This document shows positions 31,301 to 43,044 of a DNA stretch of 64,000 bases, one piece after another. The notes beneath the pieces are model-generated. The model saw only the letters and a list, made by a program, of their open reading frames with translations, did no database searches and was not told where the DNA came from. Where the stretch lies: contig CM000432.1 of assembly GCA_000165345.1 (NCBI GenBank), positions 608,001-672,000 on the forward strand. Direction: 5' to 3'. A program made the translations under genes and the position numbers. The stretch's first letter is position 1, and each line of letters opens with the position of its first letter.

Positions 31301-31509
31301 GGCAATGCGCATTAAAGTTATAAGTAAGTCAAGATTCTAGTTTAGGCCGAATTTATCCACAATTAATGATTAATTTTTCTCTTAGCACTCTAGTTGATAT
31401 TGAATGAATTCAGGCGGCAATACAACTCATTCGCATAGTTAAGTGTCTAGTAGCGCTCCTTGCAATACCGACAAATCAATAGACAAAGAGCTTGTGCTTA
31501 AAATATTCG

Positions 31510-33183
31510 ATGGAACAAAAAAGGTCATCAAATAGATCTATTTTTGGGAATGAGTACTTAAAAAAAGGTTCTTTAACTCAAAATGTGGTTGTTCTATGGG
31601 CATCTATTTCACCTTCAGCAGTTTTACTGCTTCCTTCGTGTATGAAAGAGACCGGAATTATTCTTGGACTTTTAATTATGTTCTTTTCATGTTTTGTGCT
31701 CTTTATGACTCAGTTTGTATTAATGAAATCAGCTGCTCTACTTTCAGCAGATAACTATGGAAACACTCTTTTGAAGGCTATATTATTTAAGAGCTCAGCT
31801 GATACAATAGAACAGGTAAATAACAATAAAGAAAGCGATAAACCGACAGTAAATGCAAAAATTATTGCATTTTTTGTTAATCTACCCATATTTTTTGCTA
31901 TGGCTATTACATTACCATGTTTTCTAATCATTTGGTGTTCATGTATTGAACAACTCATCCCTCCATTTTCAACCAAATTTACTACATCAGGTATTTCGTA
32001 TAATCAAGTATTTCTAATGACACTTTGTGCAGCTGCTATGTTCCCATTCTCTCTCAGAAAAGAGCTTCAAACAACTAGACATATTAGCTGGTTATCATTG
32101 ATCGCAGGTTTTCTATTTGCAATAACAGTCATTCAATATTACTTTTACTTTGGAGCATCCTTGGATCGCGGAAAGGTTGTTTGGTGGAATGCAGACATTA
32201 AATTGTTGCCTTGTATAAAGATGCTAACTGTTTCTTGTTTTACGTTTTCTAATCATGAAAACTCACCCGCTTCTGCATATGAGCTTTTAAACCCCACAAC
32301 AAGCAGGATACTTGCTCTTTCTAGTACTGTTTCGATATCAAGTTTTATATTATTTTCAGTTATTACAGTATTCTCCTATCTAACATTTGGGGAACTGACA
32401 TTACAGAGCGTAGCATCAAACTATGGCAATGAAGGTAAATTGCTCATTTTATCGAAAGTTTTTTTGAGTATATCTAACTTAGTAGCTTGTACTCTTTCGC
32501 TTCATGCTGCAATTTCATCATTATCAAATATTATAATAGCACTTAAAGGGAATTCACATGACATTTTTGACAATAAATTAACTGGTCAATCCACAACTGT
32601 AACTGAGCCTGTAGGGTACAACCAGTTTTCAACAAAAGGATCTTCGTGCTCATCTACAAATACCTATAGCCGTTCCTCTCTCTTAAGTACACTCGATAAT
32701 ATTGAAAGGCACGAATGCTTTCTAAGTCTTGATGAAAAAAACACGAACACAATTTCAGATACCTCAAATATATTTGATGCCTCCGTACTAGATTCTCTGG
32801 AAAATGGCAAAAATAAATCAAATAATACTTGCAAGGCCAGAATCCCCATGAATACTCATAAACAGAGAAATGACTCAGAGGCACAAACATCTGTGGATAC
32901 GAAAGTAAGAGCAATTATTGTATTCTTATTCCTAGTTTTTTCGATCTTTTTGGCAACTAATTTACAGGATTTGTTGTTGCTTGTAGAAGTTGCAACTGGT
33001 TTATTTGAAACTATAATCTGCCTTGTTTTTCCAGCTGTAGTATATTTGAAGTTATTCAAATATATATTCATTTGCGACAAGTACTTATCTAGGCCTGTCT
33101 TTATACTTCTTACATTTATTTGCTCACTTGGTTGTTTTACGGCTTCCATTTCAGCAATATTTAGTGTCCGTAGAACTCATTAA
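31510..33183 (+). CDS. Polytopic membrane protein, amino-acid/auxin permease (Aa_trans)-like
   Basis: About 11 predicted hydrophobic helices. N-terminal ...GSLTQNVVVLWASISPSAVLLLPSCMKETGIILGLLIM resembles the AAAP transporter N-terminus. A hydrophilic Ser/Asn-rich loop (~110 aa) is followed by further TMs. The ORF track starts at TTG 31492; the first ATG is at 31510. Family call is tentative. Confidence 0.45.
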   Translation: MEQKRSSNRSIFGNEYLKKGSLTQNVVVLWASISPSAVLLLPSCMKETGIILGLLIMFFSCFVLFMTQFVLMKSAALLSADNYGNTLLKAILFKSSADTIEQVNNNKESDKPTVNAKIIAFFVNLPIFFAMAITLPCFLIIWCSCIEQLIPPFSTKFTTSGISYNQVFLMTLCAAAMFPFSLRKELQTTRHISWLSLIAGFLFAITVIQYYFYFGASLDRGKVVWWNADIKLLPCIKMLTVSCFTFSNHENSPASAYELLNPTTSRILALSSTVSISSFILFSVITVFSYLTFGELTLQSVASNYGNEGKLLILSKVFLSISNLVACTLSLHAAISSLSNIIIALKGNSHDIFDNKLTGQSTTVTEPVGYNQFSTKGSSCSSTNTYSRSSLLSTLDNIERHECFLSLDEKNTNTISDTSNIFDASVLDSLENGKNKSNNTCKARIPMNTHKQRNDSEAQTSVDTKVRAIIVFLFLVFSIFLATNLQDLLLLVEVATGLFETIICLVFPAVVYLKLFKYIFICDKYLSRPVFILLTFICSLGCFTASISAIFSVRRTH

Positions 33184-33189
33184 TTATAT

Positions 33190-34272
33190 TTAGGTATCTA
33201 GAATTGCCTGTCTAATTAATTGCTTTTGTGCATCATTCAGTTCTGATGGCATTTTGAACTTTAATGTTACATATAAATCACCATATTCATTTGTGTTGCG
33301 AATTGGCATTCCCTTATTCTTGACCTTAAGTACATCTCCAAATGAAGTTATGCCATTCTTCTCAATATTTATATTTTTTCCATCAATATACTTCAATGGA
33401 AGATTAAACCCTAGCAAAGCATCAGCAAGGGTAATTTCCAAATTGGTATGAAGGTCATTCCCTACCCTTTTAAATTTGTTATTCTCAACCTCAAAAATTA
33501 CAATGATAAAGTCACCAGGCTCCTGATTAAGTTTTTGCTCTCCTGAGCCCTCAAACCTGATTTTGTCGCCAGAATACATTCCTGGATCAATATATGCAGT
33601 TAATTTTGCAGTCTCTAATTCTGTTGGCCCATTGGGGCACTGCTTACAATTTTTATCCCATCCCTTTTTCCTTGCAACACATGTTGGGTCATTAACTTGA
33701 TGTTGAACCATAAATCCAGGGCCCATCTGCTGAGTAAAGAGTTTTGTCCCTGCAGCTGCACAATCACTCCTATTCTTTAAACAATCATTTGCATTTATGC
33801 ACAAAACAGGCCTAATAAATGAAATAGTGATCATTTCTCCAAAATAAAGCTGCTCAAGAGTCATAAATATTTTGAATGTAGAGTCTGGAACCCTATACCT
33901 TTCACCATCTCCTCTCCCTGGCCCCATTCCAAATAGATTTCCGAATCCCATTGAGAAAAGATCAAATGGATCATTGGATTGAAAGCCTTCGAGATGTTGT
34001 TTTAGTCCATCTTCACCAAATTTATCATATATGCCTCTTTTCTCAGGATCAGCTAAAACCTCATAAGCCGTTGCAATCTCCTTAAATTTCTCTGATGCAT
34101 CCGGAGACGGATTTCTGTCTGGGTGATATTTCAAGCTTTTTTGTCTATATGCTTTCTTAATTTCTGTATCACTGGCACTTTTTTTTATCCCTAAAATATC
34201 ATAGTAAGACTTTCCAAAGGTACCATCAAAGAGTTTAAATAGAAATAGTAAAAATATTAATAAACCTCTCAT
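33190..34272 (-). CDS. DnaJ/Hsp40 type II co-chaperone with N-terminal signal peptide (ERdj3/DNAJB11-like)
   Basis: Signal-peptide-like [21 protein letters not shown]-domain [34 protein letters not shown]...[26 protein letters not shown] with HPD. A Gly/Phe-rich linker ([15 protein letters not shown]), no CxxCxGxG zinc finger, and a C-terminal substrate-binding domain follow. Confidence 0.85.
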   Translation of the reverse strand: MRGLLIFLLFLFKLFDGTFGKSYYDILGIKKSASDTEIKKAYRQKSLKYHPDRNPSPDASEKFKEIATAYEVLADPEKRGIYDKFGEDGLKQHLEGFQSNDPFDLFSMGFGNLFGMGPGRGDGERYRVPDSTFKIFMTLEQLYFGEMITISFIRPVLCINANDCLKNRSDCAAAGTKLFTQQMGPGFMVQHQVNDPTCVARKKGWDKNCKQCPNGPTELETAKLTAYIDPGMYSGDKIRFEGSGEQKLNQEPGDFIIVIFEVENNKFKRVGNDLHTNLEITLADALLGFNLPLKYIDGKNINIEKNGITSFGDVLKVKNKGMPIRNTNEYGDLYVTLKFKMPSELNDAQKQLIRQAILDT

Positions 34273-34528
34273 TTCCTATCCTATAAGCTGAACTGATTTC
34301 TTATTATAATTATGCGCCTATTGTTCCATCTTCCCCCACCAATTTCCCCTCATTTACAGCATAATGAAAATTGAGTATTTTTGTATAGCAATTAAATATT
34401 CCCATTCCAATATGATGTTCTTTTTTTATATGGCATAGAAGAATAATTTGCTAAACTACAAATATATAAATCATTGAAAACTCCTGGAAAATAATTGAAA
34501 GTTTGAACTGTTGAAGCTAAATTTCATA

Positions 34529-35815
34529 ATGGCTAGTAGTTCAAAAGAGAAAATAACTCATGTGGGCGTATTCGGAAGTTTTATTAGTGAAGTAGGGCTG
34601 AAAAACATAAAAGAATACAGCTATAAGAGTGGGGGGGTTACATTTTTAGATTATGCAATGAATCCTTTTTGGGAGTTCTTTGCACACCAAATCCCAGAAT
34701 GTATCTCTCCTAACTTGTTGACTATATTCGGGTTTTTATGTTCTCTTATTGCAATGTTATTAACAATGATGACTTGTCCAATGCTAGATAACGCAATTCC
34801 TTTAAACCTCTCATTATTCATATCCCTTCTTTTATTTCTTTATCAGACTTTTGATGCAGCTGATGGAAAACATGCAAGAAGACTGAAAATTAGCTCACCC
34901 TTAGGGCAACTGCTTGATCATGGACTTGATTCATACACAACTATTTTTTTTTCAACAATATTTTGTGCATGTTGCAAGATGGGATGGAGTTATAAATTCT
35001 TTATTTTTTTGTCTATAGTTCAGTTTAAAATGTTCTCATTTATTTGGTTGGAGTGTCACTGTAAGATTTTTCGGTGTTCGTCCTCAGATTATTTAGGAGT
35101 AACAGAAAGCCAGTTGATTGTGATGTTTTTTACAGTTTATTCTTCAACAAATGGTTTTAATATTTTATTTAAGAATTTATTGTTCAATATTTCAACAATT
35201 GATTTAATAATATTATCTATTATTGCTACAGGCTTCATTACACTAATAAATGATATCCTGTCAGGCCTGGATGAGTGTAGAAGCACAACTTCAAAAAAAG
35301 TCGCATCTTTGGAAATTTGTGGTGTATTGTGCCATTTAACGTTCCAATTTCTATTCTTAAGTTCGGGCACATACAAAAAATTCCCGATTATGACTATGTT
35401 CATTTTGACTACAAGCAGTTCAATTGTTGCACTCAGAATGAACGTATCATCATTTACTCTCGAAGAATTACCTTATGTACATTGGCCAGCACTCCCTTTT
35501 TATACTTCTTCGGTATTTCTTTTATTTGGGAGAAATATATTCGGCAAGTTTTTTGACTCACAAATAATATTACTAATTGTAGCATTATGGAATGTAATAT
35601 ATACAATAGATTATGTATCCATTATTATCAATTCAATTTGTCATCATTTAAGCATTTCTCTAATCTCTACAAAAATCTCAAATGGCGATAGTGCGGAAAA
35701 AAATACTTCTGATAAAGCTACAGCTAATAATTTCTCAAATAATCGAGCAGAGGATATAAGTTCAAAACTTAAACTATCTATATCGCGTTCATTTAAGAAG
35801 AATCATCGTAATTAA
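34529..35815 (+). CDS. CDP-alcohol phosphotransferase (choline/ethanolamine phosphotransferase, CEPT/EPT1 family)
   Basis: Family signature DAADGKHARRLKISSPLGQLLDHGLDSYTTIFF (D-G-x2-A-R-x8-G-x3-D-x3-D; compare CEPT1 [27 protein letters not shown]). Multi-TM. The ORF track starts at TTG 34511; the first ATG is at 34529. Confidence 0.8.
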   Translation: MASSSKEKITHVGVFGSFISEVGLKNIKEYSYKSGGVTFLDYAMNPFWEFFAHQIPECISPNLLTIFGFLCSLIAMLLTMMTCPMLDNAIPLNLSLFISLLLFLYQTFDAADGKHARRLKISSPLGQLLDHGLDSYTTIFFSTIFCACCKMGWSYKFFIFLSIVQFKMFSFIWLECHCKIFRCSSSDYLGVTESQLIVMFFTVYSSTNGFNILFKNLLFNISTIDLIILSIIATGFITLINDILSGLDECRSTTSKKVASLEICGVLCHLTFQFLFLSSGTYKKFPIMTMFILTTSSSIVALRMNVSSFTLEELPYVHWPALPFYTSSVFLLFGRNIFGKFFDSQIILLIVALWNVIYTIDYVSIIINSICHHLSISLISTKISNGDSAEKNTSDKATANNFSNNRAEDISSKLKLSISRSFKKNHRN

Positions 35816-36064
35816 ATAAAAATTAACTCAGAATTCGCTATCATTTCCGACTCTCGCCTTAACTAAATCCAAACTTTCTAACGATATACTATTAGACTGA
35901 TAATAAAACACTTAAGTGATTATTATAACCCTTGTGTTTTTGTCTAATATTATTTTCTTTATATTTAAAGGGTTTTATTAATAAAGGTTTTCTGGTCAAG
36001 CTTACGAAATAATTTTATTTTGAAGTTTGGCATTAAACCACAGATGAAGTTAAAAGTAGATAAA

Positions 36065-37201
36065 TTACTTGTCAATTTTTTCAGAGTCGTCTATTGAACT
36101 GGAACTTGACTCTGGTAGTCTGTAGGTTTCGTCATGAAGCCTTTTCGCTATATCAAACTCGCTAATATCTTGTATATTTGAATTTAAAATACCTTCATGT
36201 CCACTTGGATGTTTATCTTGGTCTTCTGAACCTATAGGCTTTGAAAGTTGTTCCGATAATTGATTCATCATTTCAATGAGTGGTATCATGAGAAGTAAGC
36301 TCTTCTGTCTCGGTAGAAGGATATCTATCATATTGAACTCATCATCCAACTTCGTAAAATTCCACATTTGACCAAAATGAGGGTGCCCACGTTTACCAAA
36401 TTCTACCAAAGTAGCATTAAAGTCTAAAAGATCCCCGGGTTTAATTTTAGAAATTTGGGGTAATAAATCCTCATTGAACGTAAGTCCAAGATCTGGTATT
36501 GGATTGCCAGAATTAGTTACAATCTGCGGTGGGTTCATACCTATATAAATAAAATGCTTTTTCCAAAACCCTTCTTGAACCTTTATTACTCTTCCTGTCC
36601 AAGAGACAGTCTTATACTTGTAGCTATCCTCGAATTCTCTAACTGCACGAATAGGATTTCCCAAATACGATTTAACACCGCATGATTCGATGAACATCAT
36701 CCATGAATTTTCTATAGGAGGCCCATGCTCAATATCAGGCAAACCATATATTTTTAACAATGTTCGAAGCGTGGTAAAAACAATTATTGTGAAAAATATC
36801 AAAAATATAGTAATTACATACCTTCTTGTTAAGACAACTGCACAACTCCCACACTTCAGCGTCATTATCTCAGATTTAATTGAAGGACATTTAATACGTC
36901 TGTTCCTGGATATTTTATTTAAGCATCTCGGACAGGTATGAACCGAATCTTGAATTAAAGTCCAGATTAAAGGCAAAATTGGACAACTAATCCAGCCAAT
37001 TATTAGAAATAAGGCAACCGAGGTGATGTAAGTGAACCATGAGCTTTCTAATTCCACTTGTGTAACGATATCTTCCTTACAAAATGGGCAGATGCACTCA
37101 ACCGGGATGTCCTCGAACTTAATGTTAGAATTCTCCTCAATCTCTTCACCATGTTTTACAGGTTCAACCTCAAAATGTATAAGTTTACCTTGAGCCACCA
37201 T
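36065..37201 (-). CDS. Membrane protein with N-terminal LITAF/SIMPLE-like zinc-ribbon domain plus C-terminal domain of unknown function
   Basis: CPFCKEDIVTQVE...(25-aa hydrophobic insert SWFTYITSVALFLIIGWISCPILPLIW)...HTCPRCLNKI is the textbook LITAF layout: CxxC, membrane-inserted stretch, HxCPxC. A second TM helix and a ~230-aa domain with no recognisable family follow. Confidence 0.6.
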   Translation of the reverse strand: MVAQGKLIHFEVEPVKHGEEIEENSNIKFEDIPVECICPFCKEDIVTQVELESSWFTYITSVALFLIIGWISCPILPLIWTLIQDSVHTCPRCLNKISRNRRIKCPSIKSEIMTLKCGSCAVVLTRRYVITIFLIFFTIIVFTTLRTLLKIYGLPDIEHGPPIENSWMMFIESCGVKSYLGNPIRAVREFEDSYKYKTVSWTGRVIKVQEGFWKKHFIYIGMNPPQIVTNSGNPIPDLGLTFNEDLLPQISKIKPGDLLDFNATLVEFGKRGHPHFGQMWNFTKLDDEFNMIDILLPRQKSLLLMIPLIEMMNQLSEQLSKPIGSEDQDKHPSGHEGILNSNIQDISEFDIAKRLHDETYRLPESSSSSIDDSEKIDK

Positions 37202-38456
37202 TAATTTACATAAGTTTCCAAAAATTGTCTATGGCGCAATAAATTACAATAAATGGCGAATTAGATAATGCTCCAAGGATCAGTTCGGGTAAAATAAATC
37301 AAATTAACTGCAAGCCATTGGATAGCAATTAGTTTCACTCTTAGTATTAATAAAATATCTTTTCATTGGGCGTTATTATTTATCAAATGTTTTAACAATA
37401 GGGTGAAATTAATTCAATTAATGAAAATTTTTAGAAACAAAAATTATTATCTTGCAAAAATAGCAAAAAATGTTTAAATTTTCTCTTTTTTGAACATTAG
37501 ATTTGAAAATTCCGAAAAGTGTGATAAATAGCTTTATTTTCATCTTTAAAATGAATAACAAAGAAATTATATTCGCAAAAGTCAAAAATTCCTTAAGCCT
37601 AACCTCGATAAATTTAAGAATTAATCAATTAAGAAATTTAAGTAATTGTGAAGCTTCATGTGTACTGATAAACTAATTACACAAAAAGTAAGGCAAGGCA
37701 AATCAATTACCGACGTATCAAAGCGAACGGCTTCCTATTTAACATTAAATCTTCAAATTATTTTGTGCCTGACAAAGCTATATCAGATAAATAAACTACC
37801 ATTATAGTAAAAATGTAGGTTTAAAACCAGAAATCAGTATCCCTAGGTTCACTAATAGGCAATCTAAAATAAACGGAACGAAATATTTTCACAAATAAAT
37901 ATTGCCAATATACAGTGAAATTCGCTAATGAACAAAAAAAATGTAAAGCAAAAGTAACATCCAATTATCGAACTCTTAAAATAATGGTAGCAATTTTTCA
38001 AGTGAGTTCCATGTTTTTAAACTATAAAAAATAATAGGAATGCTCAAGAATGTAAAAGGGAGCTCTCCATTCTTAAACAAACTTGAGCATATTCTGTACA
38101 CAAAAAGTAGAGATACGCCATTTTATTCGTTTTTCCTTACATTTTGTATTTTGTGTTGCTGCTCACCCATTCTTTAGTTTTTCGGTTCGAAAGTTTTATC
38201 TTAGTTATTTAATTAATAATCGCTCAGTCATGTATGTAAGGATATAGTCGAAGAATTTTTAACTCCACTTTTTCTCAAAGTCTCTAAACTTAGTCGACAA
38301 TTTATCCTAGGAGGAGTTTAATATTCGAATGAAAAATAATAACTTACCTGGTTCGAAGTAATTTGTTTAATTATTAAGTTAGCTGAGTTTCTTATTTCCA
38401 AATTTTGTATGAATAAAGGCTTTAAAAAAAATGAATAGAGTTCGTACGGATAAAAA

Positions 38457-41400
38457 TTAACTTACCAAAATTAAATATAACTGTCCAAGAATTGAAGCTT
38501 GGACTATATTCAATTGTCTCATAAATTCATTCCATTCTTCTTTGACCTCTGTTGGAAAATGTTTTTCAAGGTTCCCAACCATTATTGTATTTTTTAATGT
38601 TGAATAAATGCAATGCGTGTATAAATAGAATAGTTTTCTTATTCTTTCTTGAGATTCTATCTTGATGAAGCGTAGCTTTTCAACGTTTAAGTTGAAGGAA
38701 ATATCGATATTTATTACATATGGCTCCAATGAAAACAGTATTTTGCTAAACTTTGTAACTTCTTTTGTAATAATGTGTTTTTCTCTGTTTTTTATTCTTT
38801 CACTTTTAGAGAATATTCCTTTTATTGCGCTTGCAATATTTTTAAAGAACGCTCTTGGCCCCTTTGAGTTTATGATGAATGGAAATTCTTTAACTGTACT
38901 CTCAAAACTACTAATACTACCTAATAAAAAGTCGTATAAGCATTCAGAGTTTTCCATATCATTTATATAAGGTACTAAGGAGTTTCTTGCAATACCACTA
39001 AAAATTAACATATTTTCTAATAAGCTCTTTAAAGTGTAAAGCTTTGAAGACAAATTTTTAAATACAACTTTATTTCCATTTAAGTTGTGGATGGTCCAAA
39101 TTTCATCAAACAGTGAGCTAATCTCGTAATATATTTTTCTCTCAGCATTATCAATATTGACGAACTGTTTCTGTAATAAACTAAAAAGCTCGTCAATTTG
39201 TATTATTTCAATCACCTTATTGAACAACTTACATCCAATAAATTCAGTTTCCTTCAAAGATAAGATGTTGTTCTTTAAATTGCATCTATCATCCTTCCCA
39301 AAATCAAAGCGGTAATTTTCGTCTATTAGTTCTTTTGTAATAGCAGTCTTTAGTGACGTTCTTCCAAGATTTTTCAGAGTCTTATACAGAAAAATAGTAA
39401 AAGTATTAATTACAATTAACTCATCTCTGTTATTGTAAATTCTAAGTGCAGTTGAAAATAAAATTTTGTTCTTAGTATGGTAATTTGAACCATCATTAAT
39501 GGTATATCTTCTTTTAATAAATATATTTCTTGAAAACGAAATCAATTTATTCAATAGCGATATTTTTGAACGCAGCTTATTTACTGTCATTTTTAAATTA
39601 CTACCAGCAATATCGAATAAATATGGGCCTAAAGAAACTGTAATAGGTATAATTGGGTAAGATGCATCATTTAACTCTCCAACTATTGACTTCTCCAAAA
39701 AAAAGTATCTATCATTGAAAATAAAACTTATAAGTTTTATTTTGAACTTTTCAAGATTTAAAATATAATAATCTGTTAGCTTTAATAATTCATTTAGTCT
39801 AGAATTTATTTCCTCCATCTTTATTCTAATTATCTTGACTATTCCCATTATTACTTGAAACTGTGATAAAAATTTAGTAAAAGAATTTTTAAAGTTAATT
39901 TTTTTATTCACTTTGGATGCACTAACTCTCTCTCTTATTCTTTCAAATAATGAATTTCTGGTAGAAATCAATATTTTTCTTAAAAAATTCTTTGTTAGTT
40001 CATATTTATACTGAAGCGAAACTTGCTTACTTATTTCCAAACCTAAATTATTTTTGCAGTAAATGTATTTTACAAAAATGCTTGTGAATGTGCTTTGATC
40101 AAAATACTCGTTAGTTATCACTTCTCTATGAAGTTTTTTACATTTTTCACTTAAAATATCAGTGTGTTTTTCTTTCAAACTTTGGATTGTTAAATTAATC
40201 AAATTTTTATCTCCATATGTTCCCAATATTATTGCTACTGACATTAACGAGTTACTTAGTTTTGTAATAGATCCTAACAAAATTTCATTTTGTGAAAAAT
40301 TCATTGAATCTATAATAATGTTATAAACTCGAATAGTTTCTTCGATTATATTCATTTCAGCAGGATTTAATTCTAATGAATTTGTAATGGATTCCATAAA
40401 CTTTAGTTCAATAGAGTTATTAATATCCGATTCTTTTTTAGAGTAACGATTAAAAAAAATATTATCGCTTAAATCCAATTCAGAATTGAGCTTTATTCTC
40501 TGTTGTAAATTAAGCCCAATTCTAAACTCTTCATAAAGTTTCAATTTAAAGGCCTTCCAAGAAATACTAGGTTTTGGAGGAGTGTAATGAGAACTGTTAG
40601 GGTGTTTTTCAATAACAAAATGATTCCATACTGACAATAAAAACTTATTTAATTGGTAAATGTGCGAATGAATTTCCTCCAACCACCTAACACCAAGTAT
40701 TGACTCACGCGAAATTCCAACTTCTACATATTGACATTGAATTCGAGAATATAGAGTCAAAAAAATAGAGAAACAGAAAATACACGAGCCATTAATATCC
40801 CTTTCTCCAAAAAAATCCATACACTCATAATTCTCTTTCTCTTCAAGCCGATTCTCATTTAATTTATTTAGAAGTTTATTCGGATGTTTGATTATCGAGT
40901 AAAAATTGATATCAGAAAAAATGGAAGGCTCATCTTTAGAATCAGGGGATATAGATGCTAATGAGACAGCTAAAGAAACTGTTTCAAGTACATATCGTGA
41001 ATAACCCCTTGCAAAGGAAGCCATCTGTAATGCTTCCCATTGTACATGCTTAATATCAGAACTATTTGAATAAAATTTTAACAGTTCGATATTATTACTT
41101 ATTGATGTGCAAATTAAAGCAAACTCGTACGATATTTTTCGAATTTCAGGAACCAAATTTAAAATAGTGTTATCAATAACTTTCCAAGGAATAACAGAAA
41201 TAGTTCTATTAATTTGATCTAAATCAGGAATTAGATTAGAAATTAAATGATTATTTGTTGATACATTAATATCTTCATTACTTGTTTCAAATATTATATC
41301 AGAATTACAATTTGTTGAGTGAATGGGAATTGAATGGATTGTCACACCATTTGTTGAAAATGGTGCAGAAATATTTGATTGTGCAGAGAATGAAGAAATA

Positions 41401-41708
41401 AACGACTCCATAAACAATACGTCATCATCAATTAAACTTTTGCTGAAATTTTTTGAGTTTGACAAATTTGCAGCTAAATCGTATGATTGGTCATTATAAT
41501 TTTCGAGGAGATTAATATGCTCTCTTATACTTTTTATTGTATTGAGTTCTGCATTTGAAGTAATGCCAACTTCAAAGTATTTAACATCGGCATTATATAA
41601 ATTCTTTTCAGATGGGTATTTTGTTTTTCTATTTCTTTTGCAATAACTAGCTGTTAGATTTAAATATATCACTAATATCGAAAGGATGAGCTCTTTTATT
41701 TTAAACAT
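38457..41708 (-). CDS. Large hypothetical protein (1083 aa) with N-terminal signal-peptide-like sequence
   Basis: Long uninterrupted ORF on the minus strand. N-terminus MFKIKELILSILVIYLNLTASYC is hydrophobic. No recognisable catalytic motifs. Asn/Ile/Lys-rich. Confidence 0.5.
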   Translation of the reverse strand: MFKIKELILSILVIYLNLTASYCKRNRKTKYPSEKNLYNADVKYFEVGITSNAELNTIKSIREHINLLENYNDQSYDLAANLSNSKNFSKSLIDDDVLFMESFISSFSAQSNISAPFSTNGVTIHSIPIHSTNCNSDIIFETSNEDINVSTNNHLISNLIPDLDQINRTISVIPWKVIDNTILNLVPEIRKISYEFALICTSISNNIELLKFYSNSSDIKHVQWEALQMASFARGYSRYVLETVSLAVSLASISPDSKDEPSIFSDINFYSIIKHPNKLLNKLNENRLEEKENYECMDFFGERDINGSCIFCFSIFLTLYSRIQCQYVEVGISRESILGVRWLEEIHSHIYQLNKFLLSVWNHFVIEKHPNSSHYTPPKPSISWKAFKLKLYEEFRIGLNLQQRIKLNSELDLSDNIFFNRYSKKESDINNSIELKFMESITNSLELNPAEMNIIEETIRVYNIIIDSMNFSQNEILLGSITKLSNSLMSVAIILGTYGDKNLINLTIQSLKEKHTDILSEKCKKLHREVITNEYFDQSTFTSIFVKYIYCKNNLGLEISKQVSLQYKYELTKNFLRKILISTRNSLFERIRERVSASKVNKKINFKNSFTKFLSQFQVIMGIVKIIRIKMEEINSRLNELLKLTDYYILNLEKFKIKLISFIFNDRYFFLEKSIVGELNDASYPIIPITVSLGPYLFDIAGSNLKMTVNKLRSKISLLNKLISFSRNIFIKRRYTINDGSNYHTKNKILFSTALRIYNNRDELIVINTFTIFLYKTLKNLGRTSLKTAITKELIDENYRFDFGKDDRCNLKNNILSLKETEFIGCKLFNKVIEIIQIDELFSLLQKQFVNIDNAERKIYYEISSLFDEIWTIHNLNGNKVVFKNLSSKLYTLKSLLENMLIFSGIARNSLVPYINDMENSECLYDFLLGSISSFESTVKEFPFIINSKGPRAFFKNIASAIKGIFSKSERIKNREKHIITKEVTKFSKILFSLEPYVINIDISFNLNVEKLRFIKIESQERIRKLFYLYTHCIYSTLKNTIMVGNLEKHFPTEVKEEWNEFMRQLNIVQASILGQLYLILVS

Positions 41709-42051
41709 AATAAAATTCTATTAATTGAAATAGAGAATTAATGGCGCATTCGGCAAAGATTAAAATCTTGACAATTTTTTAGTGGAATATAATCTAACGA
41801 GGGAATTAAAAGTGAAAGCTTATATTTCATACAACTCTTCTACTTACGATATTATTGATAAAGCTTATTTTTTAACTTTTAAACTTTTAATTTTTTTTCC
41901 TTTTCTTCAAGTTTTTCCAGTGTGAAACTTGTGTGAATTAACGCTTATCGTACCATTGCTTTAAAAAAAATAATAAAATATTCGAATCTAGTTATATTGA
42001 ACGTTAGGGACATGGTTTTTATTATCAACCCCCTATATTGGTATTATTACA

Positions 42052-43044
42052 ATGAATTCAAATGTAGGTAGTGAAAGAAAAAATGTAGAATTGAATTTTG
42101 CAAATATTAATCTATCAAACAATAGCTCTTCTATCAAAGATTCGATTAATCTTCAAGATCAAAATAATCTAGACAATTTTTTTACGGAAAATATTACTAT
42201 TTCAGATTCGGAAGATAACATTTCAATTGAATCAAATTTTTCAGAGAATCCTATTCATCAGCTTGATTCTACAGAAAAAACAAGAATTTATGTGCCACTT
42301 TCAATTGAAACTAAAGACGACAATGCATTCTTTTTAAATAGAAGTAAAAGCTTGAAAGATTCCAAAAATCAAACCAAAATTTTATCAAAGCAAAGTGCTG
42401 ATTATATACAAAGTTCTGAGAAAAGACTTAAGAAAAATAGAAAATACAGAATAAAAAAAGATGCAATAAACACGGAATTTGAAGAAAAAGAAAAGAAACA
42501 TAATAAAAAGTCATCATTTTGTTGTTGCCTACAGACTGAAGACAACAAAAAAAATACAAATTCCACCGAAGATCAGGCTCCCAAATTGAGTGATTTTATG
42601 GAGGCCAAATTACAAAATGCAAAAGTAGAAGAGCCTACCGAACAGAAGTCTCTAGAAGACAAACCTAAGAATACAAAAGATATTGGACACAAAATCAATA
42701 AAATTCAGTTAGAGAAGGAACTTGAAAAAAAGTCCCAGTTCATTGAAACTAAACTTAATATTGTTAATGAAAAAAGCCCAAAAAGCAAAAGCCTAGAAAA
42801 TATTTACAAAATATTTGAATATAAAATGAATATTGAAATCCCGAAATTCAATGACTCAATGGATTTGGGGTTCTTGTCAAAAAGATTTGGAGAGAAAGAA
42901 ACCAATCAAAATAAACCATCATCTGTAAAATTTCCAAATTTTTATGAAAAGACAATTACTGAAATTATATCCGATACTCTTAGCTGGTATGAAATGTATA
43001 AATTAAATAGAGTAAAAAGACTAGAGGGAATCTTAGATAGTTGA
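42052..43044 (+). CDS. Hypothetical low-complexity Lys/Glu/Asn-rich protein (330 aa)
   Basis: ORF from ATG 42052. Highly charged low-complexity sequence. No motif recognised. Could be a genuine small nuclear/nucleolar protein or a chance ORF. Confidence 0.35.
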   Translation: MNSNVGSERKNVELNFANINLSNNSSSIKDSINLQDQNNLDNFFTENITISDSEDNISIESNFSENPIHQLDSTEKTRIYVPLSIETKDDNAFFLNRSKSLKDSKNQTKILSKQSADYIQSSEKRLKKNRKYRIKKDAINTEFEEKEKKHNKKSSFCCCLQTEDNKKNTNSTEDQAPKLSDFMEAKLQNAKVEEPTEQKSLEDKPKNTKDIGHKINKIQLEKELEKKSQFIETKLNIVNEKSPKSKSLENIYKIFEYKMNIEIPKFNDSMDLGFLSKRFGEKETNQNKPSSVKFPNFYEKTITEIISDTLSWYEMYKLNRVKRLEGILDS

